A DNA stretch of 64,000 nt from an uncultured bacterium (GTDB lineage: Bacteria; Verrucomicrobiota; Verrucomicrobiia; Limisphaerales; UBA8199), in contig CAVVMW010000004.1 in the NCBI GenBank assembly GCA_963749495.1, positions 736,001 to 800,000 on the forward strand, read 5' to 3'. Within the stretch, counting starts at the first letter, position 1. Every line of letters begins with the position of its first letter. The notes under the pieces are model-generated. The model had not been told where the DNA came from. It saw only the letters and a list, made by a program, of their open reading frames with translations, and made no database searches. This document shows, in pieces, positions 29,947 through 41,796 of this stretch. A program made the translations under genes and the position numbers.

Positions 29947-32865
29947 TTATTGGGGCTCGACTTGATAGGTGTGATTTGCGAGGGCGGCGAAGACCAGGCA
30001 TTCGCTGTTGCGCTGGTCAAGTTGGACAGCCACCGGTTGGGTCCGGCCGACTTCGTGGACGACCACCGGCCGGCCCGGCCATGGATTCATCAACTGGCAC
30101 GGGAGGTCGCGCCGCGCCTGGATTTCCACGTGATAGACGCGCTGGGCGTCTTTGCAGGCCGAAACCAGAAAGGCGCCGCGGGCCTGGAAGTTGCGGAAGG
30201 CCACTTCGGCCGAGGGCGCCACCGCCGGAAACAGGTAGATGCGTCCGCTGCGGCTGTTGAGCAGCGTTTCCGCATCGTCGCCACTCCGGCTGCGCCGGCT
30301 GCCCTCGGGTGCCGGGGGCACGCCCAGGAGCAACAAGGTGGCGGCCGTCGTCCCGGAAGGCAAGACCTGGACCGTGCGAATCATCATGTCCTGTTGCTCC
30401 TTCGGAGAGTCCAGGTTGATTTCATCGGCGAGGAGCGTGGGATACGCGGCGGCATCACCAAAATGGTCGCGAGGAAGGTGCCGCGGCTCGACCCCGGGCA
30501 TGCCGGCGAAGATGACGCCCTCGGGTCTTTGCCAGGTGGGATTGGGCGCCATGCGGGCGGCCACTTCACGCCATTGCCGGCGCAAGTCGGCGTCCACACC
30601 CAGCAATTCCGCCGCGTCGGCCGCTTTGGTCAGACCCCAGCGCAACAGGCAAAGCGAGCTGATGACGTCCTTGTTGCGGGAGAACTCCGGATAGATGCCC
30701 CAGCGCTCTTCCTCCATGGACGGGATGACATGGCAGTAGCCGTCGGCGCCCTTTTTGGCGTAGGCCGCATAGAAGAGGGCCATTTCGCGCATCAACGGAT
30801 AGCACTCCTGGCGCAGGAAATTGGTGTTGCCGCCGTAATCCCACTCATCCCAGACCGGGCGCAGAATCTCGGCCATGGTGCCCAGACAGAGTTCGAGGGT
30901 GATGCAGGTATGGACATATTTGTCCGGCTTGACGGGTGGCAGATACCCATGCGTGATCAGCATGCCGGGCATGCCAAACATCTCGCGCGCATTTTGCTTT
31001 GCCCCCGGCAGCCAGTAGGTCACGAGCAGTTTCCACATATCCTGGCTGTCGCCCCAGTTTCGGACGAAGCGGGCGGTGGGGAAGATTTCGTTGTAGCACG
31101 GAGCGCTGTCAAACTCTTGGAAATCGCGCTCCGGCAGGGCGTACGAAGCGCTGCACTCAAGCTGTCGCATGTCGGTTTTGGTGCCGCCGCCATGGCTGTC
31201 CGTCCAGCTCTGCTGGTAGATGGCGCGGAGGTTGTCGGTGCACTGGGTGCCGGCAAGGCCGCGAAACACGCGGCCATTTTCACGCAGGTCGTAGAAGGCG
31301 TTCCACCAGCGGGTGTTTTCCCGGGCCAGGCCCTCGAAGCCGCTGGCCTCGGCTTGCGCCAAGCGCTTTTTCGCCAACGCGATCAAGTCCGGCCCATCCA
31401 TCGTCGTGACAATGGTGACGAAGGCCTCGAGCCTTCCATCGGTCGCCGGCGTGAAGCTCGCTGTGGCGGCGGCGCCCGGCGCCTCCGCGATGGGCGGTCT
31501 GGGGGCGCCAAACCAATCCCAAGGCATGGGTGGGTTTGGCGGCGGAGTGCCCAGGCCGGTCTGGCCTTCCACGGCTTCCAGCTTCACGGCGCCCGCGCCC
31601 GCCACCACCCCCATCAGCACGTACTCGAAGCCTTGCGGGAAGGTCTTTTCGGCCGGCATCTTTTGGCGAATCCAGAAGTATCGCCCATCCTTGCCGCTGG
31701 TGGGAGGCTCCATGGGACCGTTAAAGGCACGGTCGCCTTCGGCTTCCGGTCTGGTGTAGCGCTTGCCATCGGCCGTCATGTAATCCAGATGGGTGGTGTC
31801 ACGGTGCCGATAGAGGCGGAGCCAGACAGGCGCGCTGATGCCGGTAAAGGCGCCCCGGATGGCATACGTGTCCTGGGTCATGCCGAGCACGTATTCCAGA
31901 CTGGCCTTTGCACTGCCATTGGTGACCTGCAGACGGGTGACTCCGTTGGCGCAACTCTGGGTCAGGCGGGGCGCGCTGGCTTCGGCCAAGGGACCAATGC
32001 CCAGGATGATCTGTCCGACGGGTTTCAGGCAAGGGAACGCATACCGCATCGGGTACCGGTAGGGATCGTAAGAGCCCCCTTCTTTGCGCAACCAGCCCAA
32101 ATCCAACGGGCGCAACGAATTGCCGGGCTTGCGCGAAATCTCGCGCGGGTAGGCGTCTTCGAGCAGCAACCGGTTGAGCCGGACCAACTCGCGGCCCTGC
32201 GGATGGTCCTGGCGCAGCCCATCGGTCTCGGGGCGCAAACGCGCTCCTTCAAAACGCTTTTCCTCGAAGAGGGATGGCCCGGCGATGATTGCGTTGAGGC
32301 ATTCCACCAGGTTGGTCAGAAAAACCCTTTCCAGCGGGTGGCTCGGCTTAGATGCCTGGAAGGCCGCCAGCGAGGTCTTCGTTTTCTCGTCCAGGCGCTC
32401 GCTCAGCCAGGCGGACAGAGAATCGGATTTCCTGGCCAGCTTTTCGGCCATGGAAGCCTGCCCAAGAATATCGACCAACGCGAACGTTGAGGAATCAGTT
32501 TCCTTCACTCCCACATAATCTTTGTTGGCCGGGGAAAAGGCGCCTTCGGTTATTTCTTGCAACGTGGGGGCCGGGAATTCGTGGAGCCGGCGGTCCCATA
32601 CGTTGTTCTTGGTGATGCTGATCGTGATGCGGTCCGGCCGCCCCCAGATAACGGTGTGCATCTTCAAATTGTTGATGCTCATCGCAGAGCGGCCTGGATC
32701 GGTGGGATTCAACGCGCCCTGCAACACCGTGGATTGCGCAGCCTCGCGCAGCGGGATTTCCCGTTGCCAGGGAAGGGGCTGGGGGGCGGCCGTGGCAAGG
32801 GCCGGGCAGGCCACGCACGCGGCCACCACTAATGCCGTCTTCAGAGGATTCATGATCGGGTTCAC
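29947..32865 (-). CDS. Secreted GH95-like (alpha/alpha)6 glycoside hydrolase with an internal inserted domain
   Basis: Signal peptide; WDEWDYGGNTNFLRQECYPLMRE; LLNSRSGRIYLFPA...FRNFQARGAFLVSA. Confidence 0.7.
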   Translation of the reverse strand: MNPIMNPLKTALVVAACVACPALATAAPQPLPWQREIPLREAAQSTVLQGALNPTDPGRSAMSINNLKMHTVIWGRPDRITISITKNNVWDRRLHEFPAPTLQEITEGAFSPANKDYVGVKETDSSTFALVDILGQASMAEKLARKSDSLSAWLSERLDEKTKTSLAAFQASKPSHPLERVFLTNLVECLNAIIAGPSLFEEKRFEGARLRPETDGLRQDHPQGRELVRLNRLLLEDAYPREISRKPGNSLRPLDLGWLRKEGGSYDPYRYPMRYAFPCLKPVGQIILGIGPLAEASAPRLTQSCANGVTRLQVTNGSAKASLEYVLGMTQDTYAIRGAFTGISAPVWLRLYRHRDTTHLDYMTADGKRYTRPEAEGDRAFNGPMEPPTSGKDGRYFWIRQKMPAEKTFPQGFEYVLMGVVAGAGAVKLEAVEGQTGLGTPPPNPPMPWDWFGAPRPPIAEAPGAAATASFTPATDGRLEAFVTIVTTMDGPDLIALAKKRLAQAEASGFEGLARENTRWWNAFYDLRENGRVFRGLAGTQCTDNLRAIYQQSWTDSHGGGTKTDMRQLECSASYALPERDFQEFDSAPCYNEIFPTARFVRNWGDSQDMWKLLVTYWLPGAKQNAREMFGMPGMLITHGYLPPVKPDKYVHTCITLELCLGTMAEILRPVWDEWDYGGNTNFLRQECYPLMREMALFYAAYAKKGADGYCHVIPSMEEERWGIYPEFSRNKDVISSLCLLRWGLTKAADAAELLGVDADLRRQWREVAARMAPNPTWQRPEGVIFAGMPGVEPRHLPRDHFGDAAAYPTLLADEINLDSPKEQQDMMIRTVQVLPSGTTAATLLLLGVPPAPEGSRRSRSGDDAETLLNSRSGRIYLFPAVAPSAEVAFRNFQARGAFLVSACKDAQRVYHVEIQARRDLPCQLMNPWPGRPVVVHEVGRTQPVAVQLDQRNSECLVFAALANHTYQVEPQ

Positions 32866-35437
32866 TTGGCTGCTTTGGCCGCATCGGCGGCCCAGACGGC
32901 GCGGATGGCGTCTTCGTCACCCATCCCTTTGGGGACCGCCGGGCTGGGATTGTTGGCGAAGTACCAGCGGATGTCCGGCGAACTCGCGGTGCGGCTGCCG
33001 GGCATTTGCAGGAAGCCATTGGGGTCTGTTTTTCGCACCCAATCCCAGGCGTACTTCAGCCAGTTCGCTCGATACTCTTTGCTCTGGTGCGCGAACCAGG
33101 TGATTTCGTCATAACCCCAAACCCAATTGCCCCCTGCGCCGGCCTGCCCCGGGGTCCGGCTGACGCCCCAGTTGTCGAGTTCCACCAGGTATGGCAGGTG
33201 CTCGCATGTCCAGCCACTGGGGGTGATGCCTCCCTTGCTATGCCCGTAGATGCCGTCGGAAAAGCCCACTTGCAAGATTGCATCCTGGGGTTTGTCGGGG
33301 TTCTCCTTTATGCGTAGCGGGAAGGCATGAAAATCGAGCAGCAATCGCCCGTCATGGACCAGGCCGCCAGTGGGGGTGTGCCCATTGCACAGGACCATGT
33401 GTCTGCGGGCGTGCTTGGCCGCGTAAGCCCGGACCAGGGTGAGCAGATGCTCCCACTGGGCATTGTTGCGGTCATTGCGGTTCATGATCTCGACTTGCCC
33501 GAAGTGGATGGCTTCGAAGCCGAGGTCAATGTACGACGCCGCCTGGTAATAGAACCAGAGCTGGGTCTCCAGGCGGCTCGCATCGGGCACCTGGGCGTTG
33601 CCCATCGCCCGGCGCTGTCCCACTGGGTAGATGATGTTCGTATAAATGAAATTCCTCTTCTCCAGCGGCTGCCCGAGGTCGGTAAACACCCAGTCCGGCA
33701 CGGCAATCTGCTCCACGCGCGGGCTCACGGTCTCAAAAACGCAAGCCTCGAGGATCGATCTCCGGGTCGGCGGCAAGAGCCTTGGGAACCTGCGGCCTGG
33801 CCCGCTCGAGATTCGCCAGGAAATTGTTCTCGGCGCCCCATAGGCAGAGGCTGCGTCCGGCATACTTTACCCCGATGCTCTTGAGCATTCGGATATTGTC
33901 ATCCAGGTCACCCCTGCCGTTGAACACCCCCTCCACCGAGATGGAGCGGGCCAGGTATTTTTCCAACACCTCACGCGAGATCGTTCCGTCAAAGTAATAC
34001 GCACTGGTCCGCGGGACGCCAAGGGCGAGTGCTGTTTGTGGCGCCGTATTCTTCTGCGGTTCAGCCGTGGCCGGTTCTGATTTCAGCTCCACGCTGTTCA
34101 CCGTAATGACGGCGTAAGAGTGTCTCTCGCCCGTCTTAGCCGAGGTGTCCACGAAGCGCATCTTCGGCATCGGCTGATCCGGCGTATCATGATACGTCAT
34201 CGATTGGAACAATGGCCGTCCGAACTTGCCGAGCGGCTTCTCCGGCACCATGGCAAACTCCTTCCCATCGCGCATGACGATGAAGCCGCCGATGCCGCTC
34301 TCGAAATCCGCTTCCGCGTCCCAACTGATTTCAGTTTGCCGATCTCCATTTTGGGTCACCCGCACGTCGAAAGGCGCAGACGGCGGCGTGGTGTCGCCCA
34401 CGGCCCCGGTTTTGACGTATTCCATCCACGCCTTCGCCACCGCTTCGTTGGGCAGCCACACGGACTCCTCCGGCTTTCCATTGTAATCGGCCGCCGGCAG
34501 GGCCGTGTCGCCACCGAGCGGCGCCAGCCAGGCCTTGCTCAGGTCCACCGGCTTAAGCGTTTGATCTTTGCTCGACTTGTCCGGCAGCCGCATCGCCAGG
34601 CAGGCGTCAAGGAATGGGATGGCGAAATAGCGGCTGTCGCCGCACTCGTGGCCGGTGCGAGGGTCCTGCGCGAAGCCGGTGGGCGCCCCATTGGTGCGGT
34701 AAACCGCGTAGGTGGCCAGGAGGATGCGAGTCAGGCCCTTTTCCTTCACGCCGGTGGTACACATCCTGGGGATGGCGTAGCTCGCGGCGGGGATTGCAAC
34801 CGGTGGGAACATGGCGGGTCGGTCGGCCCACACGAACGCCGAACCGGAGCGGTAATAAACCGCTACGACGCGTTCGGGATGAAGGGTGCTCATGACATCT
34901 GCCCATCCGGCCCCGGCGGAATGGCCCCAGAGCGCCCAGGGGACCGTCGCCAATTCAGGATGGCCGGTCCTGGCCGCAAACTCGCCAAGGGCTTTGACGA
35001 AGGTCCTGTCCGAGCCCAGGCGCGGGTCGAACCAGTAGAGCGAGCCTGCGGCCCCGAGGTCTCCATCGTTCAACACGTGGTAGCTTGGGCCGAGCAGGGC
35101 GCAGTCCCACTTCTTCGCCAGGGCCTGCCAGTGCAGGTCGTAGGCGGCAGTCGAGCCCCTCTTTGGAGGCCGTCATGCCCGCGCCGTGCTGGTGGACGAT
35201 GATGCCGCGGAAGGTCTTCACGCCGTCCGGAATCCAGAGTGTGTAAGTGACGGCAATCCTCAGCTCGCCCTCGACGGTCAATGTTGGATAATCAACCTTC
35301 AGATATTGTCCGGCCCCATGCATCGTTCCCATGCAGCCGAACAGGGCGACGATGAACGAAGTGAGCGCCGCAAGCTTCAGCCCCATGTGAGGACAAGGGC
35401 CGGCTCCGGCGCTGCTCCATTTGGTTCGCGTTTTCAT
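32862..35437 (-). CDS. Secreted multidomain protein (alpha/beta-hydrolase-like, FN3-like and probable TIM-barrel parts); frameshifts near 35158 and 33758
   Basis: Three overlapping ORFs read continuously; LWGHSAGA nucleophile elbow; DTTPPSAP FN3 start; IHFGQVE domain. Confidence 0.65.
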
Positions 35438-35550
35438 GGTCGGATGGGATTATTGTGCTCGCGCGGTAATGAAATCCACTGGAGAGTTGGCTTTTTGCAT
35501 TTTCAGCTTGGTGTAGATAGCTCTTGGCTCAATAGTGTCCAGACATCAGT

Positions 35551-35625
35551 ATCGAGAGGCGAGTATCGAGTGTCGAGGGGCGGCCGTTCGGCGTTCGCTC
35601 GACGCTCGACTCGACGCTCGACACT
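35551..35625. repeat. Heptamer-repeat hairpin (TCGAGTG / CGCTCGA)
   Basis: atcgagaggcgagtatcgagtgtcgag ... ctcgacgctcgactcgacgctcgac. Confidence 0.6.
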
Positions 35626-35663
35626 GGCCCCCTGCATGTCCGGCTACTTCTGAACCGGGGTCT

Positions 35664-35722
35664 AACAGGAGGAAACAAAGGGAACAGAGTTTTCTTTCTC
35701 TGTTTCCTCGGTTTTCTCCTGT
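35664..35722. repeat. Nonamer-repeat hairpin AACAGGAGGAAAC(A/G)GAG...CTCC/TGTTTCCTCCTGT, copy 1 of 3
   Basis: Related copies at 39329-39390 and 45930-45989. Confidence 0.8.
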
Positions 35723-35743
35723 CTGCTTTTGTGTCATTACGGT

Positions 35744-38700
35744 TTAGTTGGCGGCGAGGTCGGCGTTCAGATGCACGGCCTCCCCGGGCTTGATGGTGAT
35801 GGCCGCGGTCTTCTGACCGCACCGAACCTTGATGGCTCCGCCCTTGAGGCCGTGGATGTCGGCGGTCTGCAATTTGCTGCCCTTCCATTGCACGCTCACG
35901 TCATACTCGCGGCGGGCGCGCAGGCCGGAGACTGAGCCGTCGTCCCAACCAGCGGGCAACGCGGGCAGCAAGCTGATTTCCCCGGCATGGCTCTGCACCA
36001 ACGCCTCCGCCACCGCCGCCGCAAAACCGAAGCTGGCGTCGGACTGGTTGGCGCCGGCATTGTGCAAGTTGGGGGCTGGGCACCGTCCCATGTGGGTTTC
36101 GATGCATTTGGCAACATGGTCGCCACGCTCCAACCGAGCCCACATGGCGATGCCCCACGAGACGATGAACCCGCCGCCCGGCCGGTGAGCTTCCATCCAT
36201 TTTTGGTAAGCGGCGGCAAAGTCCGGATTGCCGCGCAACGTAATGGAGCATCCGGGATAGAAGGCGAAATTTGGCGAGACGTTGTGCCCTTGCGGACCTG
36301 TCTTCCAGTCTTCGATCCATTCCTGGACGAATCCGGAGCTGCCGATCTGATAGGGCGGAATCTTCGTCAGCGCGTCTTCCAGTTTGGCCCGGAAGTCAGC
36401 GTCCACGCCCAGGAGTCTGCCGGCCTCGATGCAATGCGGGAACAACTCGCGCATGATGGCGACATCCATCGTTGGCGAGGGTGACAGGACGGCGGGCTTG
36501 CCATTGGCGTCGAAATAGCCGTGCCCCGGCGACATGGAGAACGGCGTGACCAGCCAATGGTGCTTGGGCTCGACGATCATTATGTTCAGCAGGAACCTGG
36601 CGCAATCTCTCATCGCCGGATAATAGTTCCTGAGAAAATCCACGTCCCCGCCAAAGGCGTAGTGCTCCCAGATGCTCTGGCACAGCCAGGCGCCGCCGAC
36701 CGGCCACATGCCGAACCGGGCCGCGTCCACCGGCGCGGTGCCACGCCAGAGATCGATGTTGTGATGGGTGACCCAGCCGTCCACGCCGTAATAGACCTTC
36801 GCCGTCCTGGCGCCCGTTTCGGAAATGTCCTGAATCATGTCGAACAAAGGCTGGGCGCATTCCGGCAGGTTGCAGACCTCGGCGGGCCAGTAGTTCATCT
36901 CGGTGTTGATGTTGATGGTGTATTTGCTGCCCCAAGGCGGAAGAACGTCTTCATCCCAGATGCCCTGCAAGTTGGCCGGCTGGCCGCCGGCGCGGCTGCT
37001 GGCCGCCAAAATGTAACGGCCGAGCTCGAACACCAAAGCCTCCAGGTTCGGATCGCGCGTTCCCGCCTTCACTGCGGCGAGCCGCTCGTCAATAGGCTTG
37101 TCGTTTTGCGCCGCGTCGCCAACGTGCAGATGAACGCGCCCCATCAATCCGCGGAAATCCCCCTCATGGCGGCTGCGAAGGCTCGCGTAATCCTTGCCGG
37201 CGCAGTCCGCCAGAATCTTCCGGCACTGGGCGGCTGGATCGCCGCTGATGTCGTGGTAATTGATGTAGCTGGTCGCCGTGGTGAGAATCAACGTGACAGC
37301 GTCCGCCTTCTGGATGCGCACGCTGTCTGCAGTGGCCTCCGATTGGCCGCCTTCGGCGCGCGCCGTCATGGCGGCTTCAAAGCGAAGGCCCGTTCCTTCG
37401 ACCGGTGCGATCAGCCAGTTCGTTCCCGAGCCCGGCCTCCTCCACGTTCCGTTCAGGACCAACTCGCCGGCAGTGGCGGTGATTTTGTCCACAAATTGGG
37501 CGGGACTCTTGAACCGCGCCTCGACCGAGACGGAGCCGGGCTTGTCCGCCGAGATGCGCACCACCAGCACGCGGTCCGGGTAGGAGATGGAAGTCTGGCG
37601 GGTGTACCGATACGCCGCCGGAGCGATAGGTGACAGTGGCGACGCCAGTTTCCATGTCCAACTCGCGGCGATAATCGGCAACCTCACCCACGCCGTCGAA
37701 CGAGAGCGACAAATCGCCGATGGGCTGATAGGCCTGCTGGCCCTTGGGGATGCCCCAGAAATGGTCGTCAACCATTTTCTCAGCCTCTTGGAATTTCTGC
37801 TCCGCCATCAGGGCTTTGATCTGTTCGAAATACTTGCCCGCATCCGGGTCGTCGTAATCATGCGGCTTTCCGGACCAGAAGCTCGAATTGTTCAGGGCGA
37901 TGCGCTCCGTTTTGGTTCCGCCAAAAACCATGGCGGCGGTTAGCCCGTTGCCCAGGGGCAGCGCCTCCAGCCACTTGACGGCCGGTTGGCGATACCAGAG
38001 GGTCATCTCCCCCCGCCGGCCGGCGGGCTTGGCGGACGTCTCCGAGCCAGGCGGGATCAGCGCCCGCACCACGTTCGTGTTGAAGCGGCAGTTCTCGGCT
38101 TTGGCGTTTTCGGCCAATTCGAACAAGGCTCTGGCCGCGATTTCGCGGGAAGGCCGCTCGCCGCCTCGGTTCCAATACTCAACGACCTTCCGGAAATCAT
38201 CGGGACGCCGAATTGTGAGCGTGCAAGACCCGGAGCTCACCTTCTTGTGCGGCCACCACGCCCAGCCAATATGGTTCTTCTCGACCAGGGCCACGCAGTC
38301 GCGAAACCACTGGTCGTTGTTTTCGCCGCTTTCGCCGAGCCACAGCGGAATGCGGTGCTTTTCCCGGAGCGCAAGGAAGCGCGCGATGGCTTCCTGGGTG
38401 TTGGGGTTCCAGTATTTGTGAAAGCTCAGGACCATGTTCGGGTCCCACGGGCCCGGAAATCCATTGTAGTTGTTGCCCCAGCCGTTGCCCTCGATGATGA
38501 CGATGTGGTTGGTATCGACTTCCCGGACCGCCTTGCCAATGGCCTGGTAGAGTTCCCAGAGCGGCTTGTTCTGGGTATCCTCTTTGCCGTTCTTGTCCTT
38601 GCCTTCGAAGGTCCAGTTGGGTTCGTTGAGCAAATCATACCCGCCGATCCACGGCTCCTTGGCATAGCGCTCGGCCAGTTTGCGCCAAAGCGCGATGGTC

Positions 38701-39275
38701 TTTTGCCGGTTCAAGTCACTCTCCCACAACGAGGGTTTGGCCGGATCGTAATCGGAGATGTTGGCGTCCCTGCCTTGGCCGCCGGGGGCGGCGTGCAGGT
38801 CTAAAATCAAATACATCCGGTTCGCCTTGGACCAGGCCAGCAGGTTGTCGATCATGGCAAAGCCCGTTTCGAGCCAGGTGTTGCCGCCTTTGACCGGCTC
38901 CTCTTCAAACGGCAGCGTGAACAGGTTGTAGTGCATCGGCAGGCGGATGCTGTTGAAGCCCGACTTGGCCAGGAGCTCCACGTCCGCCCGGGTCATGTGG
39001 TTTTGCCGCCAGAGCTGGTAGAACTTCTCGCAATCCTCCTTGCCCACCAAATCGGTGATCCGCGCCTTGATCGAATGCTGGGTGCCCTCGCGGTTGATGC
39101 CGAGCATGTAGCCTTCCTGCAGCATCCAGCCGCCAAGTCCCATGCCGCGCAAGATGATCTCCTGTCCCCGGCCGTTCACGATCCGCCCCGCCTGTGCCCG
39201 GAGAAAGCCGGCCGGTTGCGCTTGCCCCACGCCGCTGTACGCGAAGAACAACAACAAGACCAATACTCTTTTCAT
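35744..39275 (-). CDS. GH5 glycosidase fused to a GH95 alpha-L-fucosidase-like enzyme; frameshift near 37612
   Basis: GFNSIRLPMHY, ILDLHAAPG, YDLLNEP, WLGESGE (GH5); then WLEALPLGNG, PANLQGIW, YTININTEMNYW, QSHAGEISLLPALP (GH95). Confidence 0.85.
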
Positions 39276-39328
39276 AAACTGTTTTGTGAATTTATACCGG
39301 GCGCCATAAATGATTGCACCTGAATTAA

Positions 39329-39390
39329 AACAGGAGGAAACAGAGAGAACGCAGACATACCGTTCTCCGTTTCCTCCGTTTCCTCCTGTT
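39329..39390. repeat. Nonamer-repeat hairpin, copy 2
   Basis: aacaggaggaaacagagagaac...ttctccgtttcctccgtttcctcctgtt. Confidence 0.8.
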
Positions 39391-39392
39391 CA

Positions 39393-40150
39393 TTGCAAAT
39401 CGTGATGGTGACCGTTTATGAAGATAGCGAGCGCATTTTTCGGGCCTTGAAAGCCGGGGCCAGCGGCTATTTGCTCAAGTCCAGTCCGCCGCAGCAGTTG
39501 CTCGAAGCCGTGCGCGATGTCCATGGGGGTGGGGCTCCGATGTCCAGCCATATCGCGCGCCAGGTCGTGCGGCGCTTCCACTCAGCCACAATGTCATACC
39601 TTCTCCCGGCAAGAAAGGGAGACTTGTTTATTGACGCGCTCATTTTTCGGTGTTTTTGCGTGTTCTATTCCAAAGCCGCCCCGCTGCCAACTCAAGAATT
39701 TCATGCCTGGCAGAAGGGGAACGGTTTCGACCAGTTGCCAGGCCATGGTCCCAGGGATTTCAAACCCTGGCTGCAGGCCCTGGCCGCGATTGGTTATCAC
39801 GGCTGGATGACCCCTTTCGTGCATGGCGAGGAACCCGCCGAGAAAATCGCCCAGGTGGTCGCGAAGGCTCGCGTTCACCTCGATGACATGTGAAGGTCCC
39901 GCGCGTATTGAGGCCCGGTGGTTGGCAGCACATCGCAGTGGTGCTCGACCTGTCGCAAAGCAAGGCCCCGCGATGGCCTTCTGCCGCGCTTCGCACCACG
40001 GTGCGCTTGCCGCAGCCGGCAGGGTTCGTGTTCAATCGGCCTATGCGATACCGGTCTCTTGGGACGCTGCCGCTTCTTTGGGCGTGCAGGGCGGCGATGG
40101 TCTTGACCTGTGCCTCCGGCCAACCCGCGAGCTTCCGCCCTCCGGCCGTA
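39393..40150 (+). pseudogene. Chain of gene fragments: NarL-type receiver, TIM-barrel isomerase C-terminus, LamG-like piece
   Basis: IFRALKAGASGYLLK; QLPGHGPRDFKPWLQALAAIGYHG; GWQHIAVV. Confidence 0.6.
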
Positions 40151-40247
40151 GTGATCACCCCAAAGTGCAGCTTAGTCCTCCGACTTTGCCGAAAACTCCT
40201 TCAAAATAGTTGTTGACGGACTTTTTAAATATGTCATACTCTATTCT

Positions 40248-40538
40248 GTGAATACGACAGCACAGGCCGATACCGTCCGGTTCACCACCAAGGGCCAAGT
40301 GGTCATTCCGTTGCGGTTCCGCAAACTCTATCAAATCGAGGATGGCACCCGCGCCATCGTCACCGCCACCGACGAGGGCATCCTGCTCAAACCGGTGACG
40401 ACGGCCATGATCGAGCGCGGCTTTGGCCTGCTCAAGCGCAGGGGCGGCGGCAAGCCGCTGGCACAGGAATGGGCCGAGCACAAACGCGACGAGCGCGATA
40501 AGGAGGAAGCCAGGTATGCCCGGCACGGTTCTCGATAG
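40248..40538 (+). CDS. AbrB/MazE-type antitoxin
   Basis: TTKGQVVIP..FRK...I..GT; promoter TTGACG-16-CATACT 7 nt before GTG. Confidence 0.85.
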   Translation: MNTTAQADTVRFTTKGQVVIPLRFRKLYQIEDGTRAIVTATDEGILLKPVTTAMIERGFGLLKRRGGGKPLAQEWAEHKRDERDKEEARYARHGSR

Positions 40539-40917
40539 CTTTGCCCTCATTGCCTACTTCCGGGGCGAGCCGGCAGGCGTGCCGATCAAGGAATGCCTCC
40601 AGAAAGCGACCAAGACGGACAAGCCCGTCCACATGACCGAGGTGAACTACGCAGAGGCCAAATACATGATCCTGCGCAAGGACGGCGCGGACGCCTGGGC
40701 CCAAGCCGCCAAAATCCTTATCGCCCTGCCTATCGAATTCCACCCGGCGGACCGCGAACTGGCGGACGTGGCGGCGGACTTCAAATCGCGCTTCAGCCTC
40801 AGCCTCGCCGACGCCTTCGCCGCCGCGCTGGCCAAGAAGCACAAGGCCGAGCTCGTCACCGGCGACCCGGAGTTCAAGGCGGTCGAGAAGGAAATCAAGA
40901 TCGGGTGGCTTAAATGA
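40516..40917 (+). CDS. vapC: PIN-domain VapC toxin
   Basis: VLDSFALIAY, EVNYAE, SLADAFAAALA, LVTGDPEF; overlaps the antitoxin. Confidence 0.9.
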   Translation: MPGTVLDSFALIAYFRGEPAGVPIKECLQKATKTDKPVHMTEVNYAEAKYMILRKDGADAWAQAAKILIALPIEFHPADRELADVAADFKSRFSLSLADAFAAALAKKHKAELVTGDPEFKAVEKEIKIGWLK

Positions 40918-41796
40918 ACCGATCTTCCAAGAACAGGTTCGCGAACCACGAGTTGGTCACGCTCGCACTCTACCTCCTCGGAGGGGACCCAGGGCCTGTG
41001 GATCTCTCTCAATTGCGGGGTCCTGGCTTTGGCTGGCGCCGCTCTGGGAGGCGAAGCCAAACCCCGCTCCCTGGTGGATTGAATCAACCCGCTCATCGGC
41101 GCGTCCCGGGACCATGTCGAATGGTTGATCGTCGAGTTTGACACCTGCGCCACCGACATCTTCGTCGCGCTCAAGGAGAGCTACGGGTACCTGACGAAAA
41201 ACGGGCTCGGTGAGGGAAGAGTTTAAGATCGTGGCGAGGCGGTCATTCCGCCATCACCGTTCTGACCTCGCCGTTGACGCGCACTCTGGCCGACCGCGGG
41301 CTGGCAGACGTGATCCGGAAGTTCGTGACTCGGTTGTCCTTCCATTCAAGGTCCACGGTGAACCCGCCGCGCGCCCGCAGACCGGAGGCTTTGCCGGCTG
41401 TCCAGGTCTTCGGCAGAGCGGGCAGGAGTTCGATTTCCCCTGCGTGCGATTGCAGCAGCATTTCGCCGATGGCAGCGGTCTGCCCGAGGTTGCCGTCGAT
41501 CTCAAACTCTGCGCCCGCGTTGTTGAAGTGCGCCGTCAGATTCGGATTAACGCTCCGCTGCAGGTGCGTGTCCAGGACCGCCAATGCGGCGTCCCCGTCG
41601 CCGAGCCGGGCGTATGTAGAGCCTGTCCCAAAAGGGCGAGTTTTGGCAGTGCCATTACATTCGCTGATCCATGACGGCGCCACCATCAAACAAAGTGGAC
41701 TGGGATCATCTCTTCCCTCCGTATTTGCGCAAAACCGGTCGCGCCGGTACACACCACGTCCCCGGTCTTGTGTTTGGAAAATCGGCCGGGCGGCCC

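Noticed and set aside
29632..32490. 952-aa plus-strand ORF and similar long antisense ORFs (826-2526, 2989-4458, 11057-12706, 46198-48075)
   Set aside because: Shadow ORFs of GC-rich genes on the opposite strand, with no recognisable motifs.
32130..32500. Insertion in the GH95-like gene as an intein
   Set aside because: It lacks the Cys/Ser start, the His-Asn end and Hint-type motifs.
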